A stretch of DNA of 61,705 bases from an uncultured Bacteroidales bacterium (GCA_946625485.1 CAMOTB010000001.1:1-61705), one strand, 5' to 3'; counted from the first letter of the stretch, positions 49,072 through 58,754 are shown. Program-made: numbers and translations. The notes: a model not told the origin generated them from the sequence alone.

Positions 49072-49881
49072 ATGAAACGAGGCTTGCTGCCACTCACTGC
49101 CGTACTTCTGGGTACGGCGGTGCTTTCCGCCCAACCGCGCATCCTGGCGCACCGGGGCGGACGTGCCGAACAAGAGGAAAACACCCTGGCTGCCTTCAAG
49201 GCCACCTATGAGGCAGGCTGCCACGGCTTTGAGACGGATATCCATATCACGGCCGACGGGCAGTATGTCATCATGCATGATCACACGCTGGAGCGCCTGA
49301 CCGACGGGCAGGGCCGCGTCGAGCAGACCCCGTCCGCCTACATACGGACCCTGAAGACGAAGCAGGGCAACCCTGTCTTGTTCCTGGACGAGCTGCTGAA
49401 CTATTTCAAGGGTTGCAAGACCTTGTATGTCGAATGGGAGATGAAGACCAATGAGAAAGACTATCCGACGGAGTTGTTGCACAAGTATTGCGATGAGGTC
49501 TATGCGCGTGTGATGGCTGCCAAGCCGGCGGATGCGCTCTATGTTTTCTCTTCCTTCGACCCGCGCCCGCTGATCTACATCCAGCAGCAGCATCCGGAAG
49601 CGGAAGTGATGCTGATTACGGGCAAGCCCTGCACGCAGGAGACCGTGGATCTGGTCAAGGCGCTGGGGCTGCACCGGGTGGCGGCGACATTGGGCGGAAG
49701 TTCCCGTTCCGGTGTGAAATATGCCCATGAGAAGGGGGTTCTGGTCAACCTCTGGCCCGGCGAGAAAACGGCCGATACGCATCTGGCCTACCTGCTCGGG
49801 GCCGATTATCTCTGTACCGACATCCCGCAGGAAGTGATGCGGTATATCTCTGACAACGCCCTGCCCATCCGCAGCCGCTAA
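49072..49881 (+). CDS. Glycerophosphodiester phosphodiesterase
   Basis: Signal peptide; AHRGG, ENTL, ETD, MHD and EMK. Confidence 0.9.
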   Translation: MKRGLLPLTAVLLGTAVLSAQPRILAHRGGRAEQEENTLAAFKATYEAGCHGFETDIHITADGQYVIMHDHTLERLTDGQGRVEQTPSAYIRTLKTKQGNPVLFLDELLNYFKGCKTLYVEWEMKTNEKDYPTELLHKYCDEVYARVMAAKPADALYVFSSFDPRPLIYIQQQHPEAEVMLITGKPCTQETVDLVKALGLHRVAATLGGSSRSGVKYAHEKGVLVNLWPGEKTADTHLAYLLGADYLCTDIPQEVMRYISDNALPIRSR

Positions 49882-49882
49882 C

Positions 49883-50090
49883 GTCCGGCCAGGCACAGGC
49901 CTCCGGACCCATAGCCGATGACGGATCAGCGAGGGCCGCGGAGTGCAGCGGTGCTGCGCAGCAGCATGACGGCGTCTGTCTGACGACCGTTACGCGCCAG
50001 CGTAAAAGGGAGGAGTTAGCCGTCAAGCAAACGGAACGGCAACCGAGCCCGTCAGCGAGCGTAGGTCCGGAGGCCTGTGCCTGGCTGGAC
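49883..50090. repeat. 208-bp palindromic element (MITE/REP-like) with 27-bp terminal inverted repeats
   Basis: GTCCGGCCAGGCACAGGCCTCCGGACC at 49883-49909 matches the reverse complement of 50064-50090 with one mismatch; several internal hairpins. Confidence 0.8.
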
Positions 50091-51016
50091 TAGGGTCGCA
50101 GCAACGGAAGGTCGAAAAGGTCGCCGTCGCTGACGGCTTGGGTCTCCGGGAAAATGGCGCGCGCCTCGGACTGATAACGCGCAGGCTCCTTGATCCGGGA
50201 AGAAAAGTGGCCGATCAACAAGCGCCCGGCACCGGCCTCCAACGCACAACGCGCGGCCTGGACAGCCGTCGAATGGTGACGCTGCGCCGCCTGGTCCGCA
50301 TATTCTTCCGTATAGGTTGCTTCGTGGTACAGGAGCGTCACCCCCTTGACCCACTGCGCAAGCTCCGGGAAACTGGCCGTGTCGCTGCAATACGCATACG
50401 AACGCGGCACATAAGGTTTGTAAGCCGCCACCGAAACAGGAATGACGGTCCCGTCATCCCGGACGACATCCTCGCCGCGCTTCAGCGTCCCGATCTCGGT
50501 CAGGCTCAGCCCATATTCCCCGATGCACTCCTTACGGACATTGTAAGGCGGCTCTTTCTCCCGGAAGAGGAAACCGAACGTGTCGATATTGTGATCCAGC
50601 GGAAAGGCGGAGATCTCCACGCTTTTGGTATGGTAGATCAGTTCCGGCTGCTTCATCTGCAAGGGGACATGCCGGATCTCGAAAGCCAGTCCTTCCCCGA
50701 AATAGGAAAGGAAGAACTTCAGGACCGGGCCGAAGTTAGCCGGAGCATAAATGTTGAGCGGAGCCGTCCGCGCCTGCATCCCCATCGTTGAAAGCAAGGG
50801 AAAAAGGCCGAAAAGATGGTCTCCGTGGATGTGGGAGAGGAAGATCGAGTCGATCTTCATCATCGGCACATGGAAACGGAGCAGCTGTCGCTGGACAGCC
50901 TCTCCGCAGTCAATCAAAAAGAGACGCCCATGTACGGAAAGTACCTGGGCGCTCTGATGTCTATCGGGCACGGGCTTCGCCGAAGCGGTGCCCAGCACCC
51001 TGAGAGTAAAGTTCAT
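50090..51016 (-). CDS. rnz: Ribonuclease Z
   Basis: LIDCGE, SHIHGDH, YCSDT, HEAT and GHFSSR; TAATG overlap with rpsA. Confidence 0.93.
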   Translation of the reverse strand: MNFTLRVLGTASAKPVPDRHQSAQVLSVHGRLFLIDCGEAVQRQLLRFHVPMMKIDSIFLSHIHGDHLFGLFPLLSTMGMQARTAPLNIYAPANFGPVLKFFLSYFGEGLAFEIRHVPLQMKQPELIYHTKSVEISAFPLDHNIDTFGFLFREKEPPYNVRKECIGEYGLSLTEIGTLKRGEDVVRDDGTVIPVSVAAYKPYVPRSYAYCSDTASFPELAQWVKGVTLLYHEATYTEEYADQAAQRHHSTAVQAARCALEAGAGRLLIGHFSSRIKEPARYQSEARAIFPETQAVSDGDLFDLPLLRP

Positions 51017-52815
51017 TATTCTCCTTTCTCGAGTTTCTCCTTGAGGGCGGCAAGGGCATCGATGTCACCGAGCGTAGTCTTCTCGACGGAGGCATTGACC
51101 TTCTTGACGGCCTTCTTGGTGTTCTCTGCCTCAGCGGCGACAGCCTTCTCCTTGACCTCGGCGTAGGTACGCACGTGGGAGACCAGGATGCGGCGGGTGC
51201 TGCGACGCAGTTCAACGACCTTGAACGGGAGCTTCTCGCCGGCGACAGCCTGCTTGCCATCCTCCTTGACGAGATCACGGCTATAAGCAAAGCCTTCAGC
51301 CTCAGAGCCTTCGAAGCTGATGACCGCGCCCTTGTCAGTCACATTGGCGACAGTGCCTTCCACGACGGAACCGACCGGGAAGTTCTTCTCGACGAGATCC
51401 CAAGGGTTGGGCAGGGTCTGCTTGTGACCGAGGCTGAGCTTGTGGTTCGCCTCGTCGAAATCGAGGATCATCACATCGATGACATCGCCGGGAGCGAGCA
51501 TCTCCGAAGGATGCTTGATCTTGTTCCAGCTGAGGTCGCTGATGTGGATGAGGCCTTCGACACCATCCTCCAGCTCGGCGAAGACACCGAAGTTGGTGAT
51601 GTTGCGGACAGTCGCTTTCTGCTGGCTGCCGACAGGATATTTCTCGCGGATGGACTCCCAAGGATTGGCGGTGAGCTGCTTCAGGCCGAGGGACATCTTG
51701 CGGTTCTCGCGATCCAGGGTGAGGATCTGGGCCTCAACCTCGTCACCGACCTTCAGGAACTCCTGAGCGGAGTGGAGACGGGGGCTCCAGGACATCTCAG
51801 AGACATGGATGAGACCTTCGACACCGGGCTCAACCTCCACGAATGCGCCGTAATCGGCGATGAGGACGACCTTACCCTTGACGGTATCGCCGACCTTCAG
51901 GTTAGGGTCGAGGTTGTCCCAAGGATGAGCGGTCAGCTGCTTGAGACCGAGAGCGATACGCTTCTGCTGCTCGTTGAAGTCGAGGACGACGACCTTGATC
52001 TTCTCGTCGAGGGAAACGACCTCTTCGGGATGATTGATACGGCCCCAGCTCAGATCGGTGATGTGGATCAGACCGTCCACACCGCCCAGGTCGACGAACA
52101 CACCGTAGTTGGTGATGTTCTTGACGGTACCTTCGAGGATCTGGCCTTTCTCGAGCTTGCTGATGAGCTCGGCGCGCTTCTGCTCCTGCTCGGCCTCGAG
52201 GAGAGCCTTATGAGAGACGACCACATTGCGGAACTCCTGGTTGATCTTGACGATCTTGAAGTCGATGGTCTGGTTGACGTAAGCGTCGTAGTCGCGGATG
52301 GGCTTGATGTCGATCTGGGAACCGGGGAGGAAAGCCTCGATACCGAACACGTCGACGATCATGCCGCCCTTGGTGCGGGTCTTGACGAAACCCTTGACGA
52401 TCTCGTTGTTGTTGTAAGCCTCGTTGACACGGTCCCAGGACTTGAGCGCACGGGCTTTCTTGTGGGAGATGACGAGCTGGCCTTTCTTGTCTTCGGCATT
52501 CTCGACATAGACTTCCACCTTGTCACCGACCTTCAGGTCAGGATTGTAGCGGAATTCGGGAGCGCTGATGACGCCTTCGCTCTTGCCACCGATGGAGACG
52601 GTGACCTCACGCTTGTTGATCGCGGTGACTTCACCCTCGACCACTTCGTTTTCGACTACCTTGGAGAGGGTCTGGTCGTACGCAGCCTCGATCTCGGCCT
52701 TGTTTTCAGAACCATAGACGTCTCCGCCTTCGAATGCGGCCCAGTCGAACTCCTCGGGAGCGACGGACGCATTGAGAACCGCTTTCTGGGTCTCTTTTTC
52801 TAGATTTTCTGCCAT
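51016..52815 (-). CDS. rpsA: 30S ribosomal protein S1
   Basis: Six S1 repeats (FLPGSQID, GLIHITDLSW, GLIHVSEMSW, GLIHISDLSW); TTLGDID tail. Confidence 0.97.
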   Translation of the reverse strand: MAENLEKETQKAVLNASVAPEEFDWAAFEGGDVYGSENKAEIEAAYDQTLSKVVENEVVEGEVTAINKREVTVSIGGKSEGVISAPEFRYNPDLKVGDKVEVYVENAEDKKGQLVISHKKARALKSWDRVNEAYNNNEIVKGFVKTRTKGGMIVDVFGIEAFLPGSQIDIKPIRDYDAYVNQTIDFKIVKINQEFRNVVVSHKALLEAEQEQKRAELISKLEKGQILEGTVKNITNYGVFVDLGGVDGLIHITDLSWGRINHPEEVVSLDEKIKVVVLDFNEQQKRIALGLKQLTAHPWDNLDPNLKVGDTVKGKVVLIADYGAFVEVEPGVEGLIHVSEMSWSPRLHSAQEFLKVGDEVEAQILTLDRENRKMSLGLKQLTANPWESIREKYPVGSQQKATVRNITNFGVFAELEDGVEGLIHISDLSWNKIKHPSEMLAPGDVIDVMILDFDEANHKLSLGHKQTLPNPWDLVEKNFPVGSVVEGTVANVTDKGAVISFEGSEAEGFAYSRDLVKEDGKQAVAGEKLPFKVVELRRSTRRILVSHVRTYAEVKEKAVAAEAENTKKAVKKVNASVEKTTLGDIDALAALKEKLEKGE

Positions 52816-52893
52816 AATTGTTGAAGAATAACAAACTAGGGGTTTAACATTATGTTTTGTGCCTGTCCCGGGACTCGCCCGGAAAAAAGCGTG

Positions 52894-52952
52894 CAAATAT
52901 ACGAAAAATGAATGGATTGCCAAGTGTAGTTAAAAAATATTTTCTATATTTG
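52894..52952. promoter_or_regulatory. Divergent -7 boxes for rpsA and corA
   Basis: TATATTTG on minus (52894-52901) and on plus (52945-52952). Confidence 0.6.
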
Positions 52953-53035
52953 CGGGCCGACTTCTCCGTAATGTCGGCTAACCCGTAAGTTTAACCCTTC
53001 CGACGCCATTGTGCCGGGACAACCAGGAAGGAAAA

Positions 53036-53983
53036 ATGATCAACATTTTCTACAGACTTGGCTCCGAAATTGTTTTCGCCCAGTCCGAAACGGAGTTCGC
53101 CCGCCTGTCGCGGGATTCTGTCCTTTGGATAGACCTGCTCGATCCCAGCGGCGAAGAGAAAAGAGCCACCGAGGCTTTCCTCGGCACCGAAATACAGAGC
53201 CGCGCCCAAGCCGAAGAGATCGAGAGTTCCTCCCGTTTCTCCGAGTCCCACGACGCCATTTTCGCCAATACCAACTTCATATCCCCGGAGAGCGACGAGC
53301 TCGTCGAGGACCCCGTGTCGTTCACCCTGGTGGATGGCATCCTGACTACCCTGCGCGAGATTCCGCTGCGCAGTTTCACCAGCCTGCAGCGTCGCATGCA
53401 GGCGCGGCCCGAGCAGTACAAGAACGGATTCTACCTTTTTGTCGCGATCATGGACCAGCGCGTGGACCTGGACGCAGATATCATCGAGCTGATGAGCAAG
53501 GATACGGCCCAGTTCGGCAAGCGCATCAACCAGATGGAGGACATCAACGAAGAGTTCCTGCTGGATATCAACCAGTTGCAGGAGAACACCATGGTTGTGC
53601 GCGAGAATGTGGTGGATAAGCAGCGCCTGATTTCCAATATCCTGAAAAGCGGCCGTTTCCCGGATGAGCTGGAGGGACGGCTGACCGTCCTGCTCCAAGA
53701 CATCTCATCCCTGATCAACCATACCAATTTCACTTTCGAGCGTCTGGAGTATCTCCAAAACACGGTCGTGGGTCTGATCAACCTGGAGCAGAACAACATC
53801 ATGAAGATCTTCACCTTCATTTCCCTGCTCCTGATGCCGGCCACCCTGGTGGCGAGTTTCTACGGCATGAATGTCGAGCTCCCCTTCGCCACCCACTGGT
53901 GGGCATGGATCGCCATTCTCGCCGTCATGGTTCTCCTGATCGGCGGCCTCTGGTACATTTTCCGCAAGAAAAAGATGCTGTAA
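53036..53983 (+). CDS. corA: CorA family Mg2+/Co2+ transporter
   Basis: EIESSSRF, YGMN signature and two C-terminal TM helices. Confidence 0.92.
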   Translation: MINIFYRLGSEIVFAQSETEFARLSRDSVLWIDLLDPSGEEKRATEAFLGTEIQSRAQAEEIESSSRFSESHDAIFANTNFISPESDELVEDPVSFTLVDGILTTLREIPLRSFTSLQRRMQARPEQYKNGFYLFVAIMDQRVDLDADIIELMSKDTAQFGKRINQMEDINEEFLLDINQLQENTMVVRENVVDKQRLISNILKSGRFPDELEGRLTVLLQDISSLINHTNFTFERLEYLQNTVVGLINLEQNNIMKIFTFISLLLMPATLVASFYGMNVELPFATHWWAWIAILAVMVLLIGGLWYIFRKKKML

Positions 53984-53990
53984 ATCCTGC

Positions 53991-54076
53991 GCTGGCGGGG
54001 CAAGTCCATTTCGGCAGTAGTCCATTCTCGCTTCGCTGCAGCTGCGTTACTGCCGAAACGGACTTGCCCCGCCAGC
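53991..54076. repeat. 29-bp near-perfect inverted repeat between convergent genes
   Basis: GCTGGCGGGGCAAGTCCATTTCGGCAGTA (53991-54019) pairs with 54048-54076 with one mismatch. Confidence 0.85.
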
Positions 54077-54092
54077 CGGAATCGACTGCCTG

Positions 54093-54701
54093 TCAGAAAA
54101 GGAAGGAAACGCCGATTCCGATCAGGACGAGACCGCCGGCAACTTCGGCCCAATGACCGAACTGGCGGCCGATCACGCGGCCGCCCAGCAAGCCGGACAG
54201 CACGACCAGGACAGTCACGACGAAAAGCGTCACGGCCAAACCGGCAATGGAAGCGAACGGGCGGCCCGCCTCCAACATCGACTGCGAAGCCCCCACGCCC
54301 AAGGCATCAATACTGGTCGCTACGGCGCTGAAAAGAACATTCCGGAAGCCATCTAGACGCCGGTGATCAAGATCGCAGTGCCCCCGCAGGGCACGGATAC
54401 CCTCCAGCAGCATCCCGCCGCCGATATACAGCAGCAGCAGGAAACCGATCCACTGTGAGATTCTCTCGACAAATCCCACCAGCATGCTTCCAAAGCCCCA
54501 GCCGGCCAGCAAGAAGACCGTATGGACCGATGCAAAAGCCAGGGCAATCCAAAGCAATGCCCACGCGCGACGCCGCTTTTCCTTTGCTGCAGATACGGTA
54601 TCGCCCGGCCCAGGAGCCAATGTCACCCCGGCGCAAAGCGTGCAGGCAAAGCAGTCTGCGCAAAGCGAAACCGCCAGAAGAAGGGCTTCTCCGAATACCA
54701 T
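54093..54701 (-). CDS. MntP family manganese efflux pump
   Basis: AVSLCADCFA, ATSIDALGVG and AEVAGGLVLIGIG. Confidence 0.82.
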   Translation of the reverse strand: MVFGEALLLAVSLCADCFACTLCAGVTLAPGPGDTVSAAKEKRRRAWALLWIALAFASVHTVFLLAGWGFGSMLVGFVERISQWIGFLLLLYIGGGMLLEGIRALRGHCDLDHRRLDGFRNVLFSAVATSIDALGVGASQSMLEAGRPFASIAGLAVTLFVVTVLVVLSGLLGGRVIGRQFGHWAEVAGGLVLIGIGVSFLF

Positions 54702-54707
54702 GGGAAA

Positions 54708-55382
54708 CTACGGTTTAAAAATCTGTCGGTTGACAATCGAACGGCCCAGCGTCAGCGAATCGGCATACTCCAGGTCGTCACCGAATCCCAGACCGCGGGC
54801 CAGGGTGGATACCTTCACGCCCAAGGGAGCGATCTGCCGGTAAATATAGAACGATGTCGTCTCCCCCTCCACGTCGCCGCTCAGCGCCAGGATCACCTCC
54901 ACCTCCGAAGCGGGAAGGATACGCGGTCCGTCCATCCCGTGCCGGACCGACTCGGAGGCGCCCTCCTCCGTCAGACGCTGGAGGCGTTCCACGAGCTGGC
55001 GGATGGTCAGGTCGGAAGGACCGACGCCGCCGATCGGAGAAATGATTCCGCCCAGGACATGATAGACGCCGCCGTACTGCCCGGTCGCTTCTATGCTCAT
55101 CACATCCCGGACGCTCTCCACCACGCAGATCAGCCGGTGGTCCCGACGGCTGTCGGAACAGATCGTGCAGACTTCATCGTCGGAAAGCATCATGCACTCC
55201 CGGCAATACTTCACCTCATCGGCCAGACGGTCGATCGCCTCGGTGAAATGGTGCACGTTTTCCCGCGGCTGTTTCAGCAGATGCAGCGCAAGCCGGAGCG
55301 CACTCCGGGAGCCCACTCCGGGAAGCGAGCTGATCGCTTCCACCGCATTCTCCAGCAGACGGGACGGATACTTATCGTTCAT
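54708..55382 (-). CDS. recR: Recombination mediator RecR
   Basis: LPGVGSRSA, C4 zinc finger, Toprim domain and LEYAD. Confidence 0.95.
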   Translation of the reverse strand: MNDKYPSRLLENAVEAISSLPGVGSRSALRLALHLLKQPRENVHHFTEAIDRLADEVKYCRECMMLSDDEVCTICSDSRRDHRLICVVESVRDVMSIEATGQYGGVYHVLGGIISPIGGVGPSDLTIRQLVERLQRLTEEGASESVRHGMDGPRILPASEVEVILALSGDVEGETTSFYIYRQIAPLGVKVSTLARGLGFGDDLEYADSLTLGRSIVNRQIFKP

Positions 55383-56193
55383 AATGATACTTCACCAGAC
55401 TGTCTATGATGTCATCCTGAAAACCGGAGACGCGGATCCCGTACTCCGCGGCAATCGGCAGGAACAGGTCCTGCGCCGCCTTCCCGAATCCGCCCACGAT
55501 ACCGACCGGATAGGTCGTCACATCATATTGCAGCAGGCAGCGCGTACAAAACGCGCGGAAATTGGACTGCACGAGGTCGCGGGCATAACCGGGCTCGGCA
55601 GCCCGCTTCAGGATCCACGGAGCGAAGGAGCCCAGATAAGCGGCGGGAGCGGGATTCTTGTAAACCTCACGCACCACCGTAGGATAATCCACCTGGAAAG
55701 CAGCCGCAAACTCCCGGGCCAGGTCGACCGGCATCAGATCCTTGAGGAAATCCGACAGGAAAAGACGCCCCAAGGCCGCCCCGCCACCTTCGTCACCGAG
55801 GATGAAACCGGAAGAATGGACATTCTTGACGACCTGTTCGCCGTCAAAGAAGCAACTGTTGGACCCCGTCCCCAGGATCGCTGCAATCCCGGGAGCATGT
55901 CCGCAGACGGCCCGGGCGGCAGCCAGCAGGTCCGAGGCGCATTCGATCTCCACCCCAGGGAAAAGCGAAGAGACTTCGTCGGAGAGCATCCCGGCCGCAT
56001 AGAAATGGATGCGCTCCAGTTTCTCTCCACCGGGATTCAGCTGGGCCACCGCCTCCCGGATCCGGTTCTCCACGGTGGAACGCTCGATCGTGGCGACATT
56101 GACCCCTTCGGAACGCGCCTTCGTGACGTTTCCTGCAGCATCAATCGCCCGCCAACGGGTGCTGGTGGCGCCGGCTTCCGCGATCAGGATCAT
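55372..56193 (-). CDS. BadF/BcrA-type ASKHA ATPase, N-acetylglucosamine-kinase-like
   Basis: LIAEAGAT, SDLLAAARA, ILGTGSNS and GFILGDEGGG. Confidence 0.8.
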   Translation of the reverse strand: MILIAEAGATSTRWRAIDAAGNVTKARSEGVNVATIERSTVENRIREAVAQLNPGGEKLERIHFYAAGMLSDEVSSLFPGVEIECASDLLAAARAVCGHAPGIAAILGTGSNSCFFDGEQVVKNVHSSGFILGDEGGGAALGRLFLSDFLKDLMPVDLAREFAAAFQVDYPTVVREVYKNPAPAAYLGSFAPWILKRAAEPGYARDLVQSNFRAFCTRCLLQYDVTTYPVGIVGGFGKAAQDLFLPIAAEYGIRVSGFQDDIIDSLVKYHYER

Positions 56194-56197
56194 TTTC

Positions 56198-56803
56198 TCA
56201 GATCACCGCTATCAGTTCCACGACGAAGGTAAGCGCCGCGCAAGGAGGGATGGCGCCATGCGCACCAGCCTCACCGTAAGCCAGCTGATAAGGGATATAC
56301 AGCTCCCACTTGGAGCCTTCCGGCATCAGCTGAAGCGCTTCAGTCCATCCGGGAATGACCTGGTTGACCCCGAAGACAGCCGGCTCACCCCGCTGGTAGG
56401 AACTGTCAAAGATGCGTCCGTCCACAAACTTCCCTTCATAATGGCAACGGACCTTGCTCGCAGGCCCCGGCATCTTTCCGAAACCGGCCTTCAGGATCTT
56501 ATACTGCAATCCGCTGGGAAGCACCTTCACACCCTCCCGGGTCGCATTGAGTTTGAGGAAAGCTTCTCCTTCTTCTTTCATTTTCGCCGCAATCTCAGCC
56601 GCTTCGACCGCTTGCCGCTTCTCCAGGTCCTTGAAGAACTTATCCAGTTCCATTCCTGCCTCTTCGATCGAAAGGGCCGGTTTCTGCCCCGACATCATGG
56701 CTTTGAGGCCGGCACAGAAATCATCCATTTCCAGCCGGGTCACCCCCGACTGCATCAGATTGTTGGCGATGCTCATTCCGAGCGCATAACTTGTCTTATC
56801 CAT
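56198..56803 (-). CDS. FKBP-type peptidyl-prolyl isomerase
   Basis: SYALG, SGLQY, FDSSY, VIPGWTEAL and LAYG. Confidence 0.93.
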   Translation of the reverse strand: MDKTSYALGMSIANNLMQSGVTRLEMDDFCAGLKAMMSGQKPALSIEEAGMELDKFFKDLEKRQAVEAAEIAAKMKEEGEAFLKLNATREGVKVLPSGLQYKILKAGFGKMPGPASKVRCHYEGKFVDGRIFDSSYQRGEPAVFGVNQVIPGWTEALQLMPEGSKWELYIPYQLAYGEAGAHGAIPPCAALTFVVELIAVI

Positions 56804-56834
56804 AAAAAAACGTTTAGTCTGCAAAAATAACACA

Positions 56835-57488
56835 TTATTTACGATCTGAATCTTCTCCGGCAGGCAAAGGCAGGGAAGAGGGCGAAAGGATCACCTCCCG
56901 GAAGCCGAACGAGCGGAGCAGCCGGTCCAGCTGTCCCAGGGCAGACTCCCGCGCCTTGTCCAGAAGGCCGGCCGCCAGCGCATCCCGGCGGATCGCCTCC
57001 TTGGCTCGGCTCTCGACCGCAACGACCTCTTCGTGGGACCACTTGCCGTCCTCCACGAAGATTTCATAATCCGAAGGATTGAGAACGATTTCGAAGATCT
57101 CCGGCTCCGGCAACCGGACCATCACCGTATCCCCCCGTATGGCAAAGGCATCATCCCCGAGCCGGGACAGGTCGATTCCCGCGCGCGCCTTGCCGCGCGA
57201 AATGATACAGATCTCATCCTCAGGCAGCGGGAACTGGGCTCCGAAGGCATTCATGCTCCTTTGTTTCCGCGCAGTCTGCACGACCTCGTCATAGTAGCAC
57301 GCCGTCACGAGCGTGGACATGGACCGGACCTGGGTTACCAATGTGCGGGTATCATGGATCTTCAATCGATGCTGCAAAGGGTTTTCCCGACGGAGAAGCC
57401 CTGCGGCCCTGAGCAGGAAGCAAAGGGCAACGAGGACGACCAGGGACAGGATAATCCACGACCGGGAGCGTATCGGCTTTTTACTCAT
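56835..57488 (-). CDS. DUF4230-like membrane-anchored protein
   Basis: N-terminal TM helix; GKARAGIDLS, VRLPEPEI and FGFREV. Confidence 0.72.
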   Translation of the reverse strand: MSKKPIRSRSWIILSLVVLVALCFLLRAAGLLRRENPLQHRLKIHDTRTLVTQVRSMSTLVTACYYDEVVQTARKQRSMNAFGAQFPLPEDEICIISRGKARAGIDLSRLGDDAFAIRGDTVMVRLPEPEIFEIVLNPSDYEIFVEDGKWSHEEVVAVESRAKEAIRRDALAAGLLDKARESALGQLDRLLRSFGFREVILSPSSLPLPAGEDSDRK

Positions 57489-58057
57489 AGGACATCGAAA
57501 TAGATATTGATATCCTCAAAGCCCAGGCGGCGGAGGAAAGACTCAAAAAACGCAATGGCATTGCGGCGGGCGTCCGGGATGATTCCCAACTGGGGGACAT
57601 CCAGGCGGATCGCCTCTTCCCCTTGCTGCAAGAGCCGGGACCGCTCCTCGGCGCTGAAATCCGTCCTGAGCCCGGTCACATGGCTGTACACCTGCCGGAT
57701 CTCTTCTGCCGGGATATTGACGCTCAGGATCTTAGGCGGCGGAAGGACCAGGATGATGGACTTTTTCTCCGCGTCTATGATGGTTTTGGACGGATTGTAG
57801 CCTGTCATGTCCACGCCCGCCTTGAGATAGGCGTTGCAGCAGAAGAGGATCTTCCGTTCACCGATCTTCCACGGGACCATGTCATCCGCCTTGATTACCT
57901 TGGAGACCGTGTATTCGCAGGTCACCAGTTCGCCGGCGGCGCTCAGTTCATGCAGTCCCTCTTCGGTCGTCTTCTTCAGGCGACCGCTGCAGGAAACTGC
58001 CAGCAGGCACAGCGCCAGACAGCAGAACCCGATCCGTATGAAGGAGGCCGGACGCAC
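57485..58057 (-). CDS. DUF4230-like lipoprotein
   Basis: GTG start; lipobox LAVSC; LKAGVDM, LPPPKIL and LGFEDI. Confidence 0.72.
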   Translation of the reverse strand: MRPASFIRIGFCCLALCLLAVSCSGRLKKTTEEGLHELSAAGELVTCEYTVSKVIKADDMVPWKIGERKILFCCNAYLKAGVDMTGYNPSKTIIDAEKKSIILVLPPPKILSVNIPAEEIRQVYSHVTGLRTDFSAEERSRLLQQGEEAIRLDVPQLGIIPDARRNAIAFFESFLRRLGFEDINIYFDVL

Positions 58058-58380
58058 TATTTTTCCGGGACTTTCAACGTAGTGGTACGGCTGACGGGAA
58101 GCGAGAAGACGATGCCCTGGCCGTCCGTGGCAAGGCCCTTTTCCTTATAGACTGCCTGCATCACGGCATCCTTGATTTCCTTCGGCACAAGGATCATCAC
58201 CATCTCCTTGTCAGGCTGGACGGGGATATTGAAAAACTCCTCCGACTCCGGATTGGCCGTTCCGCGCGCCCGCAGGATCGTACCTCCCTTGGCGCCGGCC
58301 GCACGGGCCGCTTCCATTACATTCTGTGAAAAACCTGCATTGATGATGCAGACCACCAGTTCGTAGGTTGTCTCGTTCAT
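58057..58380 (-). CDS. P-II-like signal transduction protein
   Basis: AARAAGAKGGTILRARGT and GQGIVFSLPV. Confidence 0.85.
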   Translation of the reverse strand: MNETTYELVVCIINAGFSQNVMEAARAAGAKGGTILRARGTANPESEEFFNIPVQPDKEMVMILVPKEIKDAVMQAVYKEKGLATDGQGIVFSLPVSRTTTLKVPEK

Positions 58381-58381
58381 A

Positions 58382-58753
58382 TTACGCTTCCTCCTTTACC
58401 GTACGTTTGTCATTGCTTAAAAACCCATACACCAGCGTTCCGATCACGCTGGTCAGCGGAATAGTATAGGCGATGCCCTTGTAATCATTCCCTTTCTGGA
58501 AAGTTTCGTCGAGCAGCGAGATCAGGTTGCCGGCCTGATCCGCCCTTACAACACTCATGATCAAAGATTTGGGACGCTCCGTCAAGCCCAGGTAGTCCAG
58601 GATCAGGTGCGTCGTGCCCTTGGCAGGCATCGTCAGCTGGAGATTCGCCTTGTGCGACTGGATCAGGCTCGAGAAATAAGCGGCCTTGTTGTTGTGCACG
58701 ATCGCCATCAGCAGCTCCAGTTTCATCGGAGCGATATTGCGCGTCTCTTCCAT
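58382..58753 (-). CDS. Divergent P-II-like protein
   Basis: AKGT and KGIAYTIPL; size and context of a P-II partner. Confidence 0.7.
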   Translation of the reverse strand: MEETRNIAPMKLELLMAIVHNNKAAYFSSLIQSHKANLQLTMPAKGTTHLILDYLGLTERPKSLIMSVVRADQAGNLISLLDETFQKGNDYKGIAYTIPLTSVIGTLVYGFLSNDKRTVKEEA

Positions 58754-58754
58754 C

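Noticed and set aside
49883-50090. Possible 6S, SRP or other known housekeeping ncRNA
   Set aside because: No promoter space, no SRP loop motif recognised, and a branched core rather than a 6S-like rod; kept only as a repeat element.
54702-54707. yybP-ykoY Mn riboswitch expected upstream of mntP
   Set aside because: Only 6 nt separate recR and the mntP-like gene.
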